Assembly (NCBI GenBank): GCA_000708835.1
Contig: DF237097.1
Coordinates: forward strand, 93,964 to 157,963
Direction of reading: 5' to 3'
From: Klebsormidium nitens
Lineage: Eukaryota > Plantae > Klebsormidiophyceae
Length of the DNA: 64,000 nucleotides
Numbering within the stretch: position 1 is the first letter of the stretch; the number at the start of each line of letters is the position of its first letter. The notes beneath the pieces are model-generated. The model was given only the letters and a program-made list of their open reading frames with translations. It was not told where the DNA came from and did no database searches. Positions 63,301 through 64,000 of this stretch are shown here, piece after piece. The translations under genes and the position numbers were made by a program.

Positions 63301-63722
63301 AGGTGGACGACTCAGGCCCTGAATTCGTATTGTCCTCCAGAGCTCCTTCCAAATCCAGATCGGAGACGGTCCAATCAGGCCGTAGTAGGGTCGGGAAGGT
63401 GACGTACAAGCAAGAAGACACAACTGAACAATCACCGCTGCAGCAATCCGAAGCGCTCAGGAGCCGAAGAAGCGCAATGCAGAATCCATGTCACAAAAGC
63501 TCAGGCCCCGTACCTCAGCATGAAGGGTTCCAGAATCTGGTGCAGCCTATTGATGACGATGATCTTCTTCTCGGTCTCGAGCCAGTCCTCCTCGTCGGCT
63601 TTCGCCGCGCCGTCCTTTTGCTGCGCGAACGGGGAGTGGAACCACTCGTGGAACTGGCGGCTGTTGTCAAACACGTCCGGGAGGAGCAGGTTCAGCAGCG
63701 CCCACAGCTCGTTCAGGTCGTT
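57340..63722 (-). CDS. BRM: BRAHMA SWI2/SNF2 chromatin-remodelling ATPase, 3' part (5' exons lie beyond 64000)
   Basis: Exons 63722-63514, 63262-63064, 62780-62577, 62210-62013, 61445-61203, 60505-60314, 60038-59857 and 59503-57340. Motifs: NDLNELWALLNLLLPDVF, HQILEPFMLRRRVEDVEGSLPPK, MELRKVCNHP, RSCGKLYLLDRIL, GHRVLLFCTMTRLLD, RAAGRGLNLQTADTVV, QAVARAHRIGQ, INAGRFDQRTTQEERR, and a C-terminal bromodomain (PDYYRVVRTPIDL..DVDLMLSNAQLYY). Confidence 0.95.
60840..61645 (-). repeat. Echo copies flanking BRM exon 61445-61203
   Basis: Tail plus donor copies with GT at 61042 and 60847 (true 61202). Head copy with acceptor at 61634-61636 (true 61446-61448). Confidence 0.9.
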
Positions 63723-64000
63723 CTGGATGGTGGAGGAACCAAGACAGGTCAGTGGAAGGGAAGAATCACGGATCGAGTACCAACTTGTGTGAACCCATAA
63801 TTTGCCAGAGGTGGTCGAACGAAAGTTTTTGTCACCGAAAGAGAATTAACGTTCGTCAGAAACGCTTTGTCAGGTTGAAGCGTAGAAGGGTGTGACGTTT
63901 GGAGGCAGGAAGCGGGCAGAACGTCAAAAGCGCGCCTAAGAGGAGTGAAAGTTTCTCTCAAAAAGACTCAATCCAGGTTCTCAAAAACACAACCTCTGAA

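Noticed and set aside
31897-63722. Functional cluster of two SNF2 remodellers (CHR24 and BRM)
   Set aside because: They belong to different subfamilies and are separated by unrelated genes; chance proximity is sufficient.

Overview
Eukaryotic, intron-rich (GT-AG) genomic DNA. The gene set and GC-rich exons suggest a streptophyte green alga, most plausibly Klebsormidium (inference, not verified). Eleven protein-coding genes could be reconstructed by hand: a conserved plant GNAT-like protein (+), an orphan single-ORF membrane protein (-), an NAD(P)-binding Rossmann/COQ11-like protein (-), a UCP031088-type alpha/beta hydrolase (+), an allene-oxide-cyclase/dirigent-barrel protein with a 10-nt micro-exon (-), RPL35A (+), DPM1 (-), the SNF2 ATPase CHR24/ERCC6L-PICH (+), a PLAC8 protein (+), a secreted Cys-rich dirigent-like protein (+) and the 3' part of BRAHMA (-, continues past the window end). 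There is one assembly gap, flanked by a 23-bp terminal-inverted-repeat element. The most striking unexplained signal is that introns of six genes contain tandem, progressively degraded 'echo' copies of the adjacent exon boundary. Acceptor plus exon-head copies lie upstream of the exon and exon-tail plus donor copies lie downstream. Almost all keep their AG or GT, and the five best-aligned copies differ from the true exon mostly at third codon positions. All coordinates and counts were read by eye and may be off by a few bases.
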